A stretch of 64,000 bases of DNA, taken from the NCBI GenBank assembly GCA_021613535.1, contig CP075492.1, forward strand, positions 19,096,001-19,160,000. Reading direction: 5' to 3'. Of the stretch, positions 25,391 through 37,806 are shown piece after piece. This stretch comes from Adineta vaga. Taxonomy: Eukaryota > Animalia > Rotifera. The position numbers were made by a program, and so were the translations under genes. Under the pieces are notes generated by a model. It was not told the DNA's origin. It did no database searches and worked only from the letters and a program-made list of their open reading frames with translations. Each line of letters begins with the position of its first letter. Positions within the stretch are counted from its first letter, which is position 1.

Positions 25391-25960
25391 CCTTTCAGTA
25401 GAAGATTTAACAACGTTTGCGTTGCGTTACTTGTTTTTCAATATTATCAATATTCGATGAATTCTGTACGGAAAATATTGACTAAATAAAATAATACTGT
25501 TTTCATTGTGATGAATAATATTTCACTGAAAAGTAACGATGAGAATGGATACGTACTTGAATCTTGAATTTTTTCTATATTTTAAAAATGTTCTTATCTA
25601 ACATAAAAATTTAGAATATATATTTGTAAAGCCTTTCAATATTCCTTTGCCTACTCATTAATATTTTTCCATTGACGTCAATTGTCATAAGATTTATTCA
25701 TATGATTGATATAATATGTGTTGACATGCATTATTAAACTAAAAGAGCATGAAAAAAGAAAATTTTTCTTCATCATTTACTCAATAAACTTATTAAATCT
25801 CATATAGAATATTGATGAAATATCATGCCTGCATTTTGTATATTTCTTCAATATAAAATCCTAGTGGAAATACTGATAACAGCCGAGAATGGTCTTCAAA
25901 AATGTCTCTTACTATAAATGTCCTTTTAAAAATGGTCCTCCTCAATAAAATCCTAGCATG

Positions 25961-26021
25961 TAGGCGTCGGTGTGGGTGTGGGTACTACATTTATCTAATA
26001 CCTACACCCACACCCACACCC
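25961..26021. repeat. Telomere-repeat hairpin, core B
   Basis: GGTGTGGGTGTGGG-TACTACATTTATCTAATACCT-ACACCCACACCCACACCC; core resembles the copy at 40515. Confidence 0.8.
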
Positions 26022-26185
26022 TTTCCAATCTACTTCATCACATTTAGTAATTTCCGACATGAATTGTTTCATTTCATAGTGAGAAGAATTAATCAGCCTA
26101 CAATTGAACAAATCCCATTGCGAAATGTTTCAAATAAATAAATTTGTACTCTCACTTTTAAAACTTTCATTTTACAGATAAATCT

Positions 26186-26211
26186 TGAGGTTTTATTCTT
26201 CCATATCCTCA
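26186..26211. repeat. Minimal hairpin of the same family
   Basis: aatct-TGAGG..CCATATCCTCA, about 12 bp past the stop at 26223. Confidence 0.5.
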
Positions 26212-26222
26212 AATTTATTATC

Positions 26223-27085
26223 TTAATAAAGACATCTTAGAATCTTAGTATATCCATTGTCATTATTTGTTGACCAAGTATTTGAATTCCACACAACACG
26301 TGTCTGTGAACTATCACAATCATAATAAGCGTATATTGTAGCGTTTGAAGAACCAGTTAATTTTCGACAAAATTCAGTAGTGCTCCAAGACGATGAACTA
26401 GATGAACTCCATTGACCACAACCAACACCATTTGGAAAATATAAACCACCTTCTTGCAAATTTGTACATTCAGTGTATGAAGCATTGGAATTATCTACAC
26501 TACTGCATGTTACTGTTCTTCCATCAATAACTTGACTCAATACAAAGAAAATATATATCGATGACACTGTTGCTATATGATAAATCATAGGAAAAAAGAG
26601 AAGAGTTTATACATATAAAATACTATTTTCATCTACTTACAAGTCGTAGTTCCAACTGTCGTTACTATTAAAAAAAAAGAGTTTTATTATCTGTTCGATG
26701 ACATCTCTATATCGGTATAGTACTATACATAAGCTACTGCTACACTCATATGAGATCTCAATATACCTTCATTAGTATCAAAACGATTTAAATCAACAAC
26801 AATACCACTTGATGATCCAATAAGATTTCCAGCTACAAATGGTTCGTTGTACAATTTACACGGAACTGATCCTAGACGATCAAAAATAACGATACTACAC
26901 TTTGAAATTTGATTTATACATTGTGAAATGCAGAGTAATTTTGAATCGAGAATAAATTGATCAATTGGTGAACTATTCGTTTGATAATTCTTTTGATTAT
27001 ATTCACGACCTATTGTTTGTTCTAATGTACATGTAATACATATTGTAATGTAATAATAGAAGCAAAAGATCAAAGATAGACGCAT
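26223..27085 (-). CDS. Secreted PAN/apple-like plus Cys-rich domain protein, about 3 exons
   Basis: Signal peptide, CISQC..C..F..C.LY PAN-like pattern, Thr-rich micro-exon at about 26640-26665, then CSS..CTNL..FCRKLTG..LRC. Confidence 0.65.
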
Positions 27086-27288
27086 TGTTTCTATCTAACA
27101 ATCAAAGAAATGAATTTTAATAAAAAAAAGTACACAATCGGTAATCATCCGATCGTAAAACACATAAAATTTAATTATTAGTTTTTTCACGGTAATAATA
27201 AATTGCGCTTAGTAAATAATTGAACAAGTTTCTCTCTTGTATTTTTTATATCACTCTAAGTCAATGAATAAAAAAGTATAGTTTCATC

Positions 27289-27325
27289 TTGAGGATGTGG
27301 GTTCAGAGTATAGTCCGACCCACTC
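27289..27325. repeat. Telomere-repeat hairpin, core C
   Basis: atct-TGAGGATGTGGG-TTCAGAGTATAGTCCG-ACCCAC. Confidence 0.7.
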
Positions 27326-27402
27326 TTAGAATATACTTTCAACTAGAATTATGCATTTCGCACGTTTATTAAATATTTAGAATGATTTTATAAAATGATT
27401 GT

Positions 27403-28305
27403 TCAGAAAAGAAATTTCATAAATATGATGAAAATATTTAGTAACGCAAAGCGAAACCAAGTAATCATGTTTGTTGATGTGGAATTCATACTCAAAACGC
27501 CACCCCACTTTTCTGCAATTGCCAATCTGATTGCCAAACCATTCTCAGGAGAGTTAGATCTATCGATATTACATAGAAACTTAACTAAATCTGAAAATGA
27601 AGGTATCTGAATGACTGGATCTGTTCGGACTACTTGATAAAAAATATTGACAGGATTCATAGTGGATTCACAAGTATATTTTGTCGTGGAATTTTGACTA
27701 TCTTCCCAAGAATACATACAGACACCATCTTTACAATTTTTCAACGTGTTTGGATTACTATAACATTGTTCTACATTCGATAGACTATTACCAGTAAAGA
27801 CTAATGTAAATAGTTGATCATATAAAGTCTGAAATTGCTTTGTCAATCCGATATAGTATGAAATGTATTTCTGGAAATACTTGATAGTACAATCATCACT
27901 TGTCTTACACTCATAAAACCATACGATTTGTCTTTCAATACTTGGTTCAAAAGAAAATTGAGCATCTACTCCAATACCAGCATCGAAATCGATATCTGTT
28001 GAGTTATCATTTTTAAATTCGACAGAAACTGTATTTTTCACGTAGTTCATATCAAGAATAATTCCACATTTTATGGAGATAGAACGAGTTTTGCAACTTG
28101 ATGGTATAGTCAATGGATCGCCAAAAGAAAAGTTAAATTGACAACTATCGAGACAATTGAAAACCTTGATACTCTTCGTTCGATGATGGTTTCCTTCGAT
28201 CATTTGTGTACGATGCAAGGCATTTTTCCAATTGATAAATGCGAGACTATACTTAGCGAAAGCGAGTGTAATCAGTACAAATGATATCATGGTTCGATGC
28301 AACAT
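27403..28305 (-). CDS. Intronless secreted Cys-rich protein with a hydrophobic C-terminus (probable GPI anchor; Ly6/three-finger-like by Cys spacing)
   Basis: Signal peptide, about 11 Cys, C-terminal hydrophobic tail. Confidence 0.7.
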   Translation of the reverse strand: MLHRTMISFVLITLAFAKYSLAFINWKNALHRTQMIEGNHHRTKSIKVFNCLDSCQFNFSFGDPLTIPSSCKTRSISIKCGIILDMNYVKNTVSVEFKNDNSTDIDFDAGIGVDAQFSFEPSIERQIVWFYECKTSDDCTIKYFQKYISYYIGLTKQFQTLYDQLFTLVFTGNSLSNVEQCYSNPNTLKNCKDGVCMYSWEDSQNSTTKYTCESTMNPVNIFYQVVRTDPVIQIPSFSDLVKFLCNIDRSNSPENGLAIRLAIAEKWGGVLSMNSTSTNMITWFRFALLNIFIIFMKFLF

Positions 28306-28483
28306 GTTAGTATAAGAATGTGTCGTGTGCAAATAAAGAAACAGATAAACATTACTAAGTCTTTTTATATGTTTAAAGAATAATATCTCTGACTAAGTTT
28401 TATTTACTTCTTTCTTATCATTTACTCATGCACCTTAGCAAAGTTATTTGTCGAACGTGTGTGATAAATCTCTCGTCTTGCAA

Positions 28484-28893
28484 TCACCTTTTTAAATAAA
28501 GAGTTTTATTAAAAATATGAGAAAGACTGAATAGATGTATAGATGCAGAATTAGTATTTAAAACTTCACCACAATTATCTTGTATTGCTTGTCGAATGAT
28601 TGCAGCGTTATTTGATGAATTGCATTCGTCAAATTTACATTCCAATTCAATTTCATCTTGATCCGTCGGTGTTTGAACAGGTAGTGATGTTCGAGCTATA
28701 TGATAAGAGATTTCCACTTTGTTTAGATCTGAATCACACCTATAAGTTGCTATGGAATTTTAAACATCTTCCCAGAAATATGAATATGTTCTTCCAGGAC
28801 AATCTTCTAATGTATTTGGATTGTTATAACATTGTTTCACATCTGATGAATTATTATTGGTATAGAGCAATGTCGAGAGATAATTATAGAAAA
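28484..28893 (-). pseudogene. 3' half of a paralog of the 27403 gene, truncated at a telomere-repeat hairpin
   Basis: KQCYNNPNTLEDC..YFWEDV* versus EQCYSNPNTLKNC..YSWEDS; AIIRQAIQDNCGEVLNTNS versus AIRLAIAEKWGGVLSMNS. Confidence 0.8.
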
Positions 28894-28896
28894 TCT

Positions 28897-28949
28897 TGAG
28901 TGTGTGAATGTGGGTGTATATGAGAGTATAGAACCCACACCCACACCCT
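28897..28949. repeat. Telomere-repeat hairpin, core C-like
   Basis: aaatct-TGAGTGTGTGAATGTGGGTGT-ATATGAGAGTATAGA-ACCCACACCCACACCCT. Confidence 0.8.
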
Positions 28950-29303
28950 GGTATAACCCTTTGGATTCACAGACGTCCAATTTTCAATAGTCCGTCAGGT
29001 AGTATACATTCCATGTCTTTAAAATCGGCTAAGTTTGGGCGATCAATCGCGATTTTCAAAAAAATCGTCGATCATATCGTCAGTAATAAATGGTTATTTT
29101 GTCGAAACTAAAATGAACTACGACTTTCTGAAAAAAAAGCGTGAAAAAATCGCTTATTTTAGCGGTTTTATCGCGATAGATCTCACAAGTAATCGACATG
29201 ATAAATCGTGCGTTCTTACGGGATTTTGCTTCCTTGAGTAGTGTAATATATCATGATGATAAATTATCTCTTTTATGAAAATCCCTTCACTTTTGATGAT
29301 TAT

Positions 29304-29545
29304 TTTTGTGTACTCAATAAGTGAGTACACTACTAAAATCGGTCAGTGTGTCCGTCCGTTTACACGATAACTTTTCAAAAATACAAGCGATTGCCGGGAA
29401 TTTTTTTACATAGAATTGTCTCATCAATATCTCGGTCGAGTTCGAAGTTGAGAAGGATCGGCTAAGAAATGGCCGAGTTATTCTTAAAATACTGAAAAAT
29501 CATCTGTCAACCCCTGAGGGGGGGTACAGGGATTTTTGCAAAAAA
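29304..29545 (+). mobile_element. HINE/DINE-1-like (Helentron-type) non-autonomous element end
   Basis: T-run, hairpin gtgtactca-ataag-tgagtacac, tgtccgtccgt microsatellite, core catcaatatctcggtcgagttcgaag. Confidence 0.7.
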
Positions 29546-29976
29546 CAAAGTACTATGTTTCTCTGTCTCTTTGTCTGCCCCTTCGCTATCCATTCAGTTC
29601 CTGTCATAGGTAAGATCACCAAACTTTCCATGGCGCTTCCCTAGGTCTAGAAAAAGGTCAATAGACTGTTGGTATCATCAGGGTGAGTGTGAAGAATCAG
29701 TGAGAGAACGATGCGACATATCAAATGAAGAAATAAAGGAAAGCGTAGCTCCATTAGCGCTAAAGCCTCTTCTATCAAAAATCATCAGAGGAAGGGTCAG
29801 CAGGGAGATCTTTGTGACTTTCAGGGAAGTCTTCTTTGTATTATTTCACTTTATCAAAGTCATTCTAAGTGTGCTAGTTGGTGAAAAATGTAGAAATTCA
29901 TTCAAAACATAATTTCTTTGAATTTGTAGGCCCCAGATGAACATAATCCAGGTATCAATGATATGTTATTGAGAAC

Positions 29977-30285
29977 AGATTTAGAACCTCGTACTTTGTC
30001 AAGTGTACGGAAAAAGCGAGCGCATAACTAAAATCAATCGATGTGTCCGTCCATCGGTTCGTTTACGCGATAAATCCCGAAAAGCTAATCCGATTATGAT
30101 GAAACTTGCCAGAGTATTGTCACATCAATATCTCGCTCGAGTTCGAAGATGAGCGTGATTGGACGAGTTATTGCTAAGTTATTGAAAAGATACTGATATT
30201 TCCCTATATATTCTATCTCATACACTTTTTGCAGTACACATAACTTTCGGATAAAATCCGAAGTTTGCGCATTTATTTTTACATG
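29977..30285 (+). mobile_element. HINE-like element, copy A of an inverted pair
   Basis: gatgtgtccgtccatcgg..catcaatatctcgctcgagttcgaagatgag; a closely similar inverted copy lies at 31672-31978. Confidence 0.75.
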
Positions 30286-30635
30286 GGTACTATGACTAGC
30301 CTCACTCTTGTACTCTTTATTTTTGTTGTTAATGCTACTGTCTACTGTCATTGTAACTCGACGCAATTCTTTGCATTGGTGTATCATCAATTATGTTTCT
30401 ACTGACAGATTTAATACTTCTTTTCGTTACAAAGCGAAGCGAATTTCGGTTTGATTAATCCCTACAAATATACTATTCTTACTAAAACGATAGTCAAAAA
30501 ATCTTTTTCTGAATTTTTACTGAAATAAATATGATCCAAACTTAAATCAACAAAAAAAAACAGTTTCTAACTATTGCATTGTTCTCGAGCCGATGGTTTA
30601 TGACAATGCGCACTTCATGGCTGATAAACAAAAGC

Positions 30636-31276
30636 TCACACCAACTCATTATTGAGGCACTTTTTATCACGTGATGGTTTGTAGCATTTAGTACCACACA
30701 ATCGTTCCGCATAATTGCATAACAGTTCATTATTATAGCAATTTTTTTCAGAAGTATTGTAGCATTGAGTACCACACGCGCGTTCTCCATAATTGCATAA
30801 CACTTCATTATTAAAGCACCGTTTTTTAGAAGTATTATAGCATTGAGTACCACATGCTAGTTCGTTATAACCGCATAACAATTCATTATTAAAGCACTGT
30901 TCACCATCTACGACCAGTAGCATTTAGTACCACACACTTTTTGCCATTTACTGCATATCACTTCATTATTAAAGCATTGATCTACAGAAATATTGTAGCA
31001 TTGAGTACCACACACTTCTTGCCATTTACTGCATACCACTTCATTATTAAAGCACTGTTCACCATAAAATGGCGTGTAGCAATGAGTACCACACAATTTT
31101 TGCGAATAGCTGCATACCACTCCATTATTGTGGCACTCCCACCCTAATGGGTTGTAGCATTGATTACCACATGCTTGTTCTCCAGAAGCACAAGCAATTA
31201 ATGCTCCATTTGCCAAATGGTGCATTTCTACCACTGACAGCAATATACAGATCAAAAGTATATTCATCGATTGCAT
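30636..31276 (-). CDS. Secreted Cys-rich tandem-repeat protein (about 24-aa unit CGTQCYNxxxxxCFNNEVLCxxxExx), frameshifted near 30912
   Basis: Signal peptide plus about 7 repeats across two ORFs; a 1-nt deficit relative to sister repeats. Confidence 0.75.
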
Positions 31277-31671
31277 TCTTATTCAAATTTTCTATGTTCT
31301 AGAAAAAATTGCTTCTGTATATAAAGTGTAAGCATGAGATATAGAAAAGGCAGGGGCGAATAGGTGTTTATAAGGATTACTATCTATTGATTGCATCAAA
31401 CATGCGTCATAAATAAAAAGAGTCGATCAATAATAGACTAATCCTTTGGAAGAAAAACAGTATTTTAAGAACAATCATTACATTTTTTAAATTTTGATAA
31501 ACTTAATAAGACACTCGATCACAACATGACTAATAAATCTGTAAATATAAACTGCAGATGACATTATCACCTGATAATTTCATTCTTTTATAAACATGAC
31601 TCACCATCGGTACTTTTACGTACTTCTAATACATGCAAGCGTAGTAAATCAAAGAATTCAATGCTAATAGC

Positions 31672-31978
31672 ATCCAAAATAAATGCGGAACCTTCGGATT
31701 TTATCCGAAAGTTATGTGTACTGCAAAAAGTGAATGAGATAGAAGATATAGGGAAATATCAGTATCTTTTCAATAACTCAGCAATGATTCGTCCAATCAG
31801 GCCCATCTTCGCACTCGAGCGTGATATTGATGTGACAATACTCTAGCAAATTTCATCATAATCGGATTAGCTTTTCGGGAGTTATCGTGTAAACGAACCG
31901 ATCAACGCGCACATCGATTGATTCTAGTTATGCGCTCACTTTTCCCGTACACTTGAAAAAGTATGAGGTTCTAAATCT
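31672..31978 (-). mobile_element. HINE-like element, copy B of an inverted pair
   Basis: Reverse complement of 29977-30285. Confidence 0.75.
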
Positions 31979-32037
31979 TGAGGGTGTGGGTGGGTTAAGA
32001 GTATAGCCGGACCCACACCCACCCACCTACACCCTCA
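31979..32037. repeat. Telomere-repeat hairpin, core C
   Basis: aaatct-TGAGGGTGTGGGTGGG-TTAAGAGTATAGCCGG-ACCCACACCC..ACACCCTCA. Confidence 0.85.
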
Positions 32038-32424
32038 GCTGACCTTACACCTTCAGATTTTTGTGTGTTCAATTATCTGAAACATGATCTTGATAATTAT
32101 TCAGATGATACAAGTTTAGCTTCAGCAATAACGAAGACGCTTTAATCAACACCTATTGACGAATACCAAAAGACCTTTCCGAAATAGATTGAAAGGATGA
32201 GATTTTGATTGAACATCATAGAGACTACTTCGAAGTTCGAACATTTACTGTAAAAAGATTAGAAAAATCTTTTTTTCTATGAATAAATATTTGAAAATGA
32301 CAGAACGTTTTGACTACTCTATGTATATAACTAAGTATATCTATTTTACTCGAATAAAAAGACACACACTCAGATAGATAAAAATATTCACTTAATTACT
32401 ACTTTCAGATCCTGTTCGTTCAAG

Positions 32425-34096
32425 CTAGAAAATAAGTAACATATATAAAATTAAATAAACCCAAAGAAAAAAAGGTGTTAGAAAATGATTTGTCTTTGCC
32501 ATATTTGTCGGTTGCACAGCATTGTCATATTTTAGCATACATTGTTGTAAGCGAATATCAAATTGTTGACTATATTGTTGTTGACATGGATAAAGTTTTT
32601 CTGAGTTGATTTTAGTTATAAACTCAGCTAAAAAGATGCTCGAATCAGCTTGTGTACATATTGTATAATTTACTAATCCACTAGCGTTTGGTAAAAGCGT
32701 ATCCGTATCAATGACGCCTTGACCATAGAATTGATGAGAATCAGCTGACATAATATAAAGAGATTGAACACTTTTTGTTTGACGACAAAATCCTTGTTTA
32801 TTATTTGTTTGCATTTGTACCATAAATTGAGCGGCACTGTTATCCCACCTATACCAAGTGTATAGAAAAGGGTCAGTGAATGTTTGTTGCATCACAAAAA
32901 ACAGCTTACCACTTCATATCAGACTCAGTTTGATTTGTACATTTTGCAAGTGATGATATAAGATTCAGTACGAATGGTTTTAATGTAATATTCATTCTTT
33001 TTAGGGTTTCGGACAATTGGGTCAAATTGATTGGAAGTGTATTTTGCGTACTTCCTGGCATAGCAACAATATTTTTGATTCCACTCGTAGCAACACGTTG
33101 CATAGCAAATATATCTAAGTTTACAATAGATGTATAAAATGACATAACAATGTAAATACTCACCCAAGTAAGCGTTTGGATTACCGGGTAACGTCTCAGT
33201 ATCATATAGATAATTAAATATTGTCAAATTTGGCATGAGAGAAGAATAATTACTTAATGGTTTGAATTGGCCACCTTCAAAAATTATATATAAAAGTATT
33301 TTAAATATAGAAATGCTCTCACCAGAAAAATAAAGTGTTCCTATTTTTGATACAATGGATCGATCTTCAGAGATAGCTGTAGCAAGATTAGTCATTGTTC
33401 CAAGAACCAATATATCAACGGGTACTTTAGAATATTTCAGTGTTAGTTTAATTAATTCAATAGCACCAAATGGAGATGGTTGAAGAAATATATTTGCTGA
33501 CTGATTCAGACAAGTTGGTGACGTTATATATGTATCCAGTGCATCTAATAATGCTGGTGAAATTTGAAAACCAGCCGATATTAACGGAAGACTGTATTAA
33601 AAAAAACGAAATAAATAAATAAATCACGAAATCTATATAAATTTTACGTCGCTCCGAAGCCAACTCCAACACCATTTGAACAACCAATTAGATCAAGAAA
33701 AGTAAGAACATTCGATCCTGAATACAACGGTTTCCTTAATTAAAGAAAAATAAATAACATTCAGTGAATGTTCTTTAAATGTCAAACTACGTGTATCCAT
33801 TGCCAACAGTCGTTATTGCAAGAACATCAATTGTTGGTACCTTTAAGATCAATTTACATGGAGACATTTAGAAAATAATTCTGTCCAATATTTATACTTA
33901 CATTAAGAACATAATGAATTGCCCATAAATCATCAACATCTGAATCTGTATCAATGATCAGTGGTTGTCGTGTACCATCTTGATTTATACAAAGTTGAAT
34001 TTGTTGCTCTGCATATGTCAATGCACGACTATAAACTCGGCAGTTATTGACTATTATTAAGAACACTATTGTTAATAAAATATTTTGATTTGCCAT
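32425..34096 (-). CDS. Secreted, probably GPI-anchored nucleoside hydrolase (IU-NH superfamily), about 7 exons
   Basis: Signal peptide; LIIDTDSDVDDLWAI motif; AITTVGN; LGTMTNLA; W-W-D in place of H-D; hydrophobic C-terminal tail. Confidence 0.85.
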
Positions 34097-34815
34097 TTGT
34101 TCTTTACACTAGAGACACAAGAAAAAGTCTGCAATGAATATTGATCAAATGGTTATTTGTTCTTTCTACGTTTCATTTGTAATTCAAGTATCTTACTCAA
34201 CGAAAATACACATAAAAATAGTTAGAGTTCTATATGACGATGTGTAGTTGAAATTGTTTGAATAGAAATAGAAGAATGAATCGTCAATTTTGTTTTAGTA
34301 TATGCATGAAAAAAAAGTTCTTTTAGTGGAAGGTAGATGTCGAAGTGCCATTTTCTCATTATCTGATGAAACAAAATAAAAAAAGTGTGAATATGATAAT
34401 GACTGAAACGTATGAAAAGCGCCCATCAATGTTGGTAATTATATTTTTCGCACAGACAACTTATATTTATGAAAAAAAAACGTTTGTAGATATACTATGA
34501 ATTTGAGTTGTATATTAAGAAAATATAAATAAATTTTATAGGGTATCTATTGTAATGCTTTCTTTATTCTTATCATTTGTTTTAATACAAATTGATAGTG
34601 ATGACGTACTGAAGGTGTTTACTTAAATAGATGCTTAATTTTTATTATTGTCGAATCTTTCATCTATCGCTCAAAGCAATTTTCAACATAATTTTTACAG
34701 AAAAGAATTTCGAATAGTTATATAACTTTATTTGAAACAGAATTCCTTTATATCTTCTATGATTATTGATCAACAACATGATTTGTTTTGTGAGTCTTCT
34801 CGTCGGTAACAGCAA

Positions 34816-34883
34816 TGTGGGTGTGGGTGTGAATGAGAGAGTGGGATGACGATACAAGAAAAATATGCACCTGCACTTCCTCA
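34816..34883. repeat. Degenerate telomere-repeat hairpin
   Basis: TGTGGGTGTGGGTGTGAATGAG..GCACCTGCACTTCCTCA. Confidence 0.55.
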
Positions 34884-35145
34884 ATAGATTTGTTTTGAAA
34901 GTAGAATGTCATTTTAGTTATGTCCTACGTCAGCATGTGCTTGTCAATTATCCATTTAATTAATATTTACCTTTACGATAATACGAATGAATGATTTCTA
35001 AATGAAAGAAAAAGAAAACATGACAAGGTAAATATACAGATTTTACATAAATATCAATCTCCGTATAAATCATTGAATGATGCATGAATAAGTTAGAAAA
35101 TTATTTATCTATTTCATTAGTCTATTGACATCGAATTTATTAAAA

Positions 35146-36078
35146 ATGGGTTTTTTTGATTTACACGAACCAGAAGATGGAAAGGATCGTTTCTTCTTAT
35201 ATGCTATGATTATTCTTCCATTTATTGGCACTGGTTCTTATGTTTTTGATGCATGGTATTATTACATTCATTATTCTGAGCATAAACGAAATTATTGTGG
35301 ACTTTTATCTACAATCGTTATTATATTTTCATATTTACAGTATTCAGCACCCATTCGATCTCGTCGAGCACGTGCACTTTATCATATTCTTCTTTGGTTA
35401 TTGAATGAAGCTGCTATTATCGGCTATCTATGTTCTTCTGTCGCACAACATGCAACATTTAAAATTATTATCTATGTTTGTTTTTTCTTCATAGAAATTT
35501 ATTTTACTCTTGGTTTACTTTATTGTCGAGTATATAAAGATTTTGAATCAAATATTATTGTTGAAAATAAACATTTATTTCATTTTATATCACGTCTTGA
35601 TGTTATTTTAACTATTTTTATTCCAATGTATTTAAATTATAATTATGAATCATTTACACGTAATACAATTGCATATTTTCTTTTATTTGATTTCTTTTCT
35701 GATTCATATTCACGTTTTCAAGGTGTATGGATTAAATCAACATTATATCTATTTGTTACTTCAGTTACATTAGCAGTTGCTTTAGAATGGTTCTATTTTA
35801 ATGATCATCAACATGTTTATGAAGAAATTTCATTTATAGCAGAAATATTATCTGCTTTTCTTTGTGATACAATGATTATTTTACAATTTTTTCCTTTTCA
35901 TTTCAAGACACGATATACAATAGGTATTGCTCGACAAGCTTTAGATTTTCAAAAAGATTTGCAATCTAATATTCAAACAAATATGACCATGATTACAAAT
36001 GAAATTAACACGGTTATTGTCAATAATATAACATCAACTGATGAAAATATCCAAATAAACGCACAACTACCAATATAA
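35146..36078 (+). CDS. Intronless multi-pass membrane protein of unknown function
   Basis: About 310-aa ORF with 7-8 hydrophobic segments. Confidence 0.75.
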   Translation: MGFFDLHEPEDGKDRFFLYAMIILPFIGTGSYVFDAWYYYIHYSEHKRNYCGLLSTIVIIFSYLQYSAPIRSRRARALYHILLWLLNEAAIIGYLCSSVAQHATFKIIIYVCFFFIEIYFTLGLLYCRVYKDFESNIIVENKHLFHFISRLDVILTIFIPMYLNYNYESFTRNTIAYFLLFDFFSDSYSRFQGVWIKSTLYLFVTSVTLAVALEWFYFNDHQHVYEEISFIAEILSAFLCDTMIILQFFPFHFKTRYTIGIARQALDFQKDLQSNIQTNMTMITNEINTVIVNNITSTDENIQINAQLPI

Positions 36079-36614
36079 ACACTATGATTTTATCCACGAT
36101 TTTATATTGATATTTTTATTTAATAATAATAGGCTGATTGTATCATTAAGTATAATTTTAAAGCTTTTGTTCAATGTACAATCGAATTTATATAAATATT
36201 TTTATTGTCCTTATATTATAATCATGTCGTACAAACATTTTTGTATTGTCATTTTCTCTTTTCGTCACTGTATGTCATCTGTAGAAGATAGTACGCCTTG
36301 TCCGATTAACGATCAACTAGCGCTATTAAGATTACAGTTTTAAAATTATCGAAAACGAATTGAGTGATCACCTTCATTCAAAGTTTCTAAAGAGGTTTCT
36401 GGGTATTCTTTATTGATCTATCGTATTAGTTTTCGAAAGTCATGAAAAGAAATGATAGTTGCCAGCAAAAATCAACCATTTTGGAACAGAAAACTGCTTG
36501 AAAATGTATTTTTGTCTCCGATGAAAACGATGAGATGAGCAGATATATTGATGCTAAGTCTAAAGCTTGGTATCAGCAAAAGACCCACTGCTTTTGCCCA
36601 AGTGATCAGCATCT

Positions 36615-36678
36615 AGAGGGTGTGGGTGGTTGTGTATATTTTAGCTATCTGATACTCTTACTTACACTTACACCCTTC
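36615..36678. repeat. Telomere-repeat hairpin between convergent genes
   Basis: atct-AGAGGGTGTGGGTGG..TACACTTACACCCTTCA. Confidence 0.7.
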
Positions 36679-37097
36679 AACCAATTTTCCATATGATACT
36701 CTTGACATTGATGTTGTAAATACTGCACAATAAGCAATACAGTATAAACCTTTCTGTGATGGAGAATATCTTAATCATTTATATTTATCTAAGTGAGACT
36801 ATTTCAAATATTATTCTAAGTATTTACAGAAATATCTATTTTCGAGGAGCTGGCGGTCGCCGATTTGCCGAACAGCTAGATTCGCTACTGATTTATTTCA
36901 ATGAGAAGAATAACAAACACGACTGATGTTAATGTAAGTTTAGAAACAAAAGAAAAAAGATATATGAATATAGGACCTATGTATGCATATATATAGAAAA
37001 GGGAAAAGGAAAAGAAACAAAAAGAAATGGTTAGCGATAACACTAAATTCTTCGGTTTAGAGAAAGCCTTGACGATTGAAATACTTAAGTTTCTTGT

Positions 37098-37806
37098 CTA
37101 CAAATCGTCCCATGATACAGGTTTAACTCTCAATTCAATTGCTTGGATTGCACTGTCAACATCATGTTTAATCAATAATTCCTCAAAAAATTTTCCTTTT
37201 TTGGAATCAATTGATACTCCTTTGATATCGATTGATAAAGTGTAAGTAAACTGATATTTATTAGTTGAGATCCAATTATCGTCGCATTTCTGGTATATCT
37301 CTACATATACATGTGCTTGAACCTTTGTCCAAGTTTCCAACGTTTTTGTATCATACAAGGTATCCAATCGTACTATTGTTAGCAAGTTTTCATTTGGTTT
37401 AGCCCGTTGTTTCAATTCTTTTTCGTAATGCTGCTTGATATCTTGCGCTAAATCTTCCGGTCGTATTTCAGTGAAACCGTGAGTTTTAAACGCTTTTTTA
37501 ATTGATTCGCGGATGTTTCTCATCTGCCAGTGATGCATCCTTGACAGAAATGTCATCATCAAAACTGATTTTTCTAACGACTTTTTTTTCTTCCAAAAAT
37601 TTTATTAATGTACCAGGAATACGAGTTGTGATTGCCAATGCTTTTTCATGAGTTGTTGAAGCAAAGAGAGTAATCAACGGGTTCTTTTCGTATAAAGTTA
37701 TCGGTTCATTGCTACAGTAGACGAAAGCGAGACTGGAAAGCATGAGAATCGCGTTGATTGTAGTAATCCAATTGACTAATGCGCCTGAATATGTAAATGA
37801 GACCAT
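37098..37806 (-). pseudogene. Secreted protein, left arm of a palindromic duplication; internal deletion plus frameshift near 37525
   Basis: Two overlapping ORFs homologous to 38476-39361; lacks about 35-40 codons present in the right copy. Confidence 0.7.

Noticed and set aside
29420-30160. tRNA/SINE call from the GAGTTCGAAG B-box-like motif
   Set aside because: No cloverleaf or A-box visible; the motif lies in HINE-like elements.
30094-31846. ORFs 30094-30390 and 31661-31846 as duplicated genes
   Set aside because: Chance ORFs within the inverted non-autonomous element copies.
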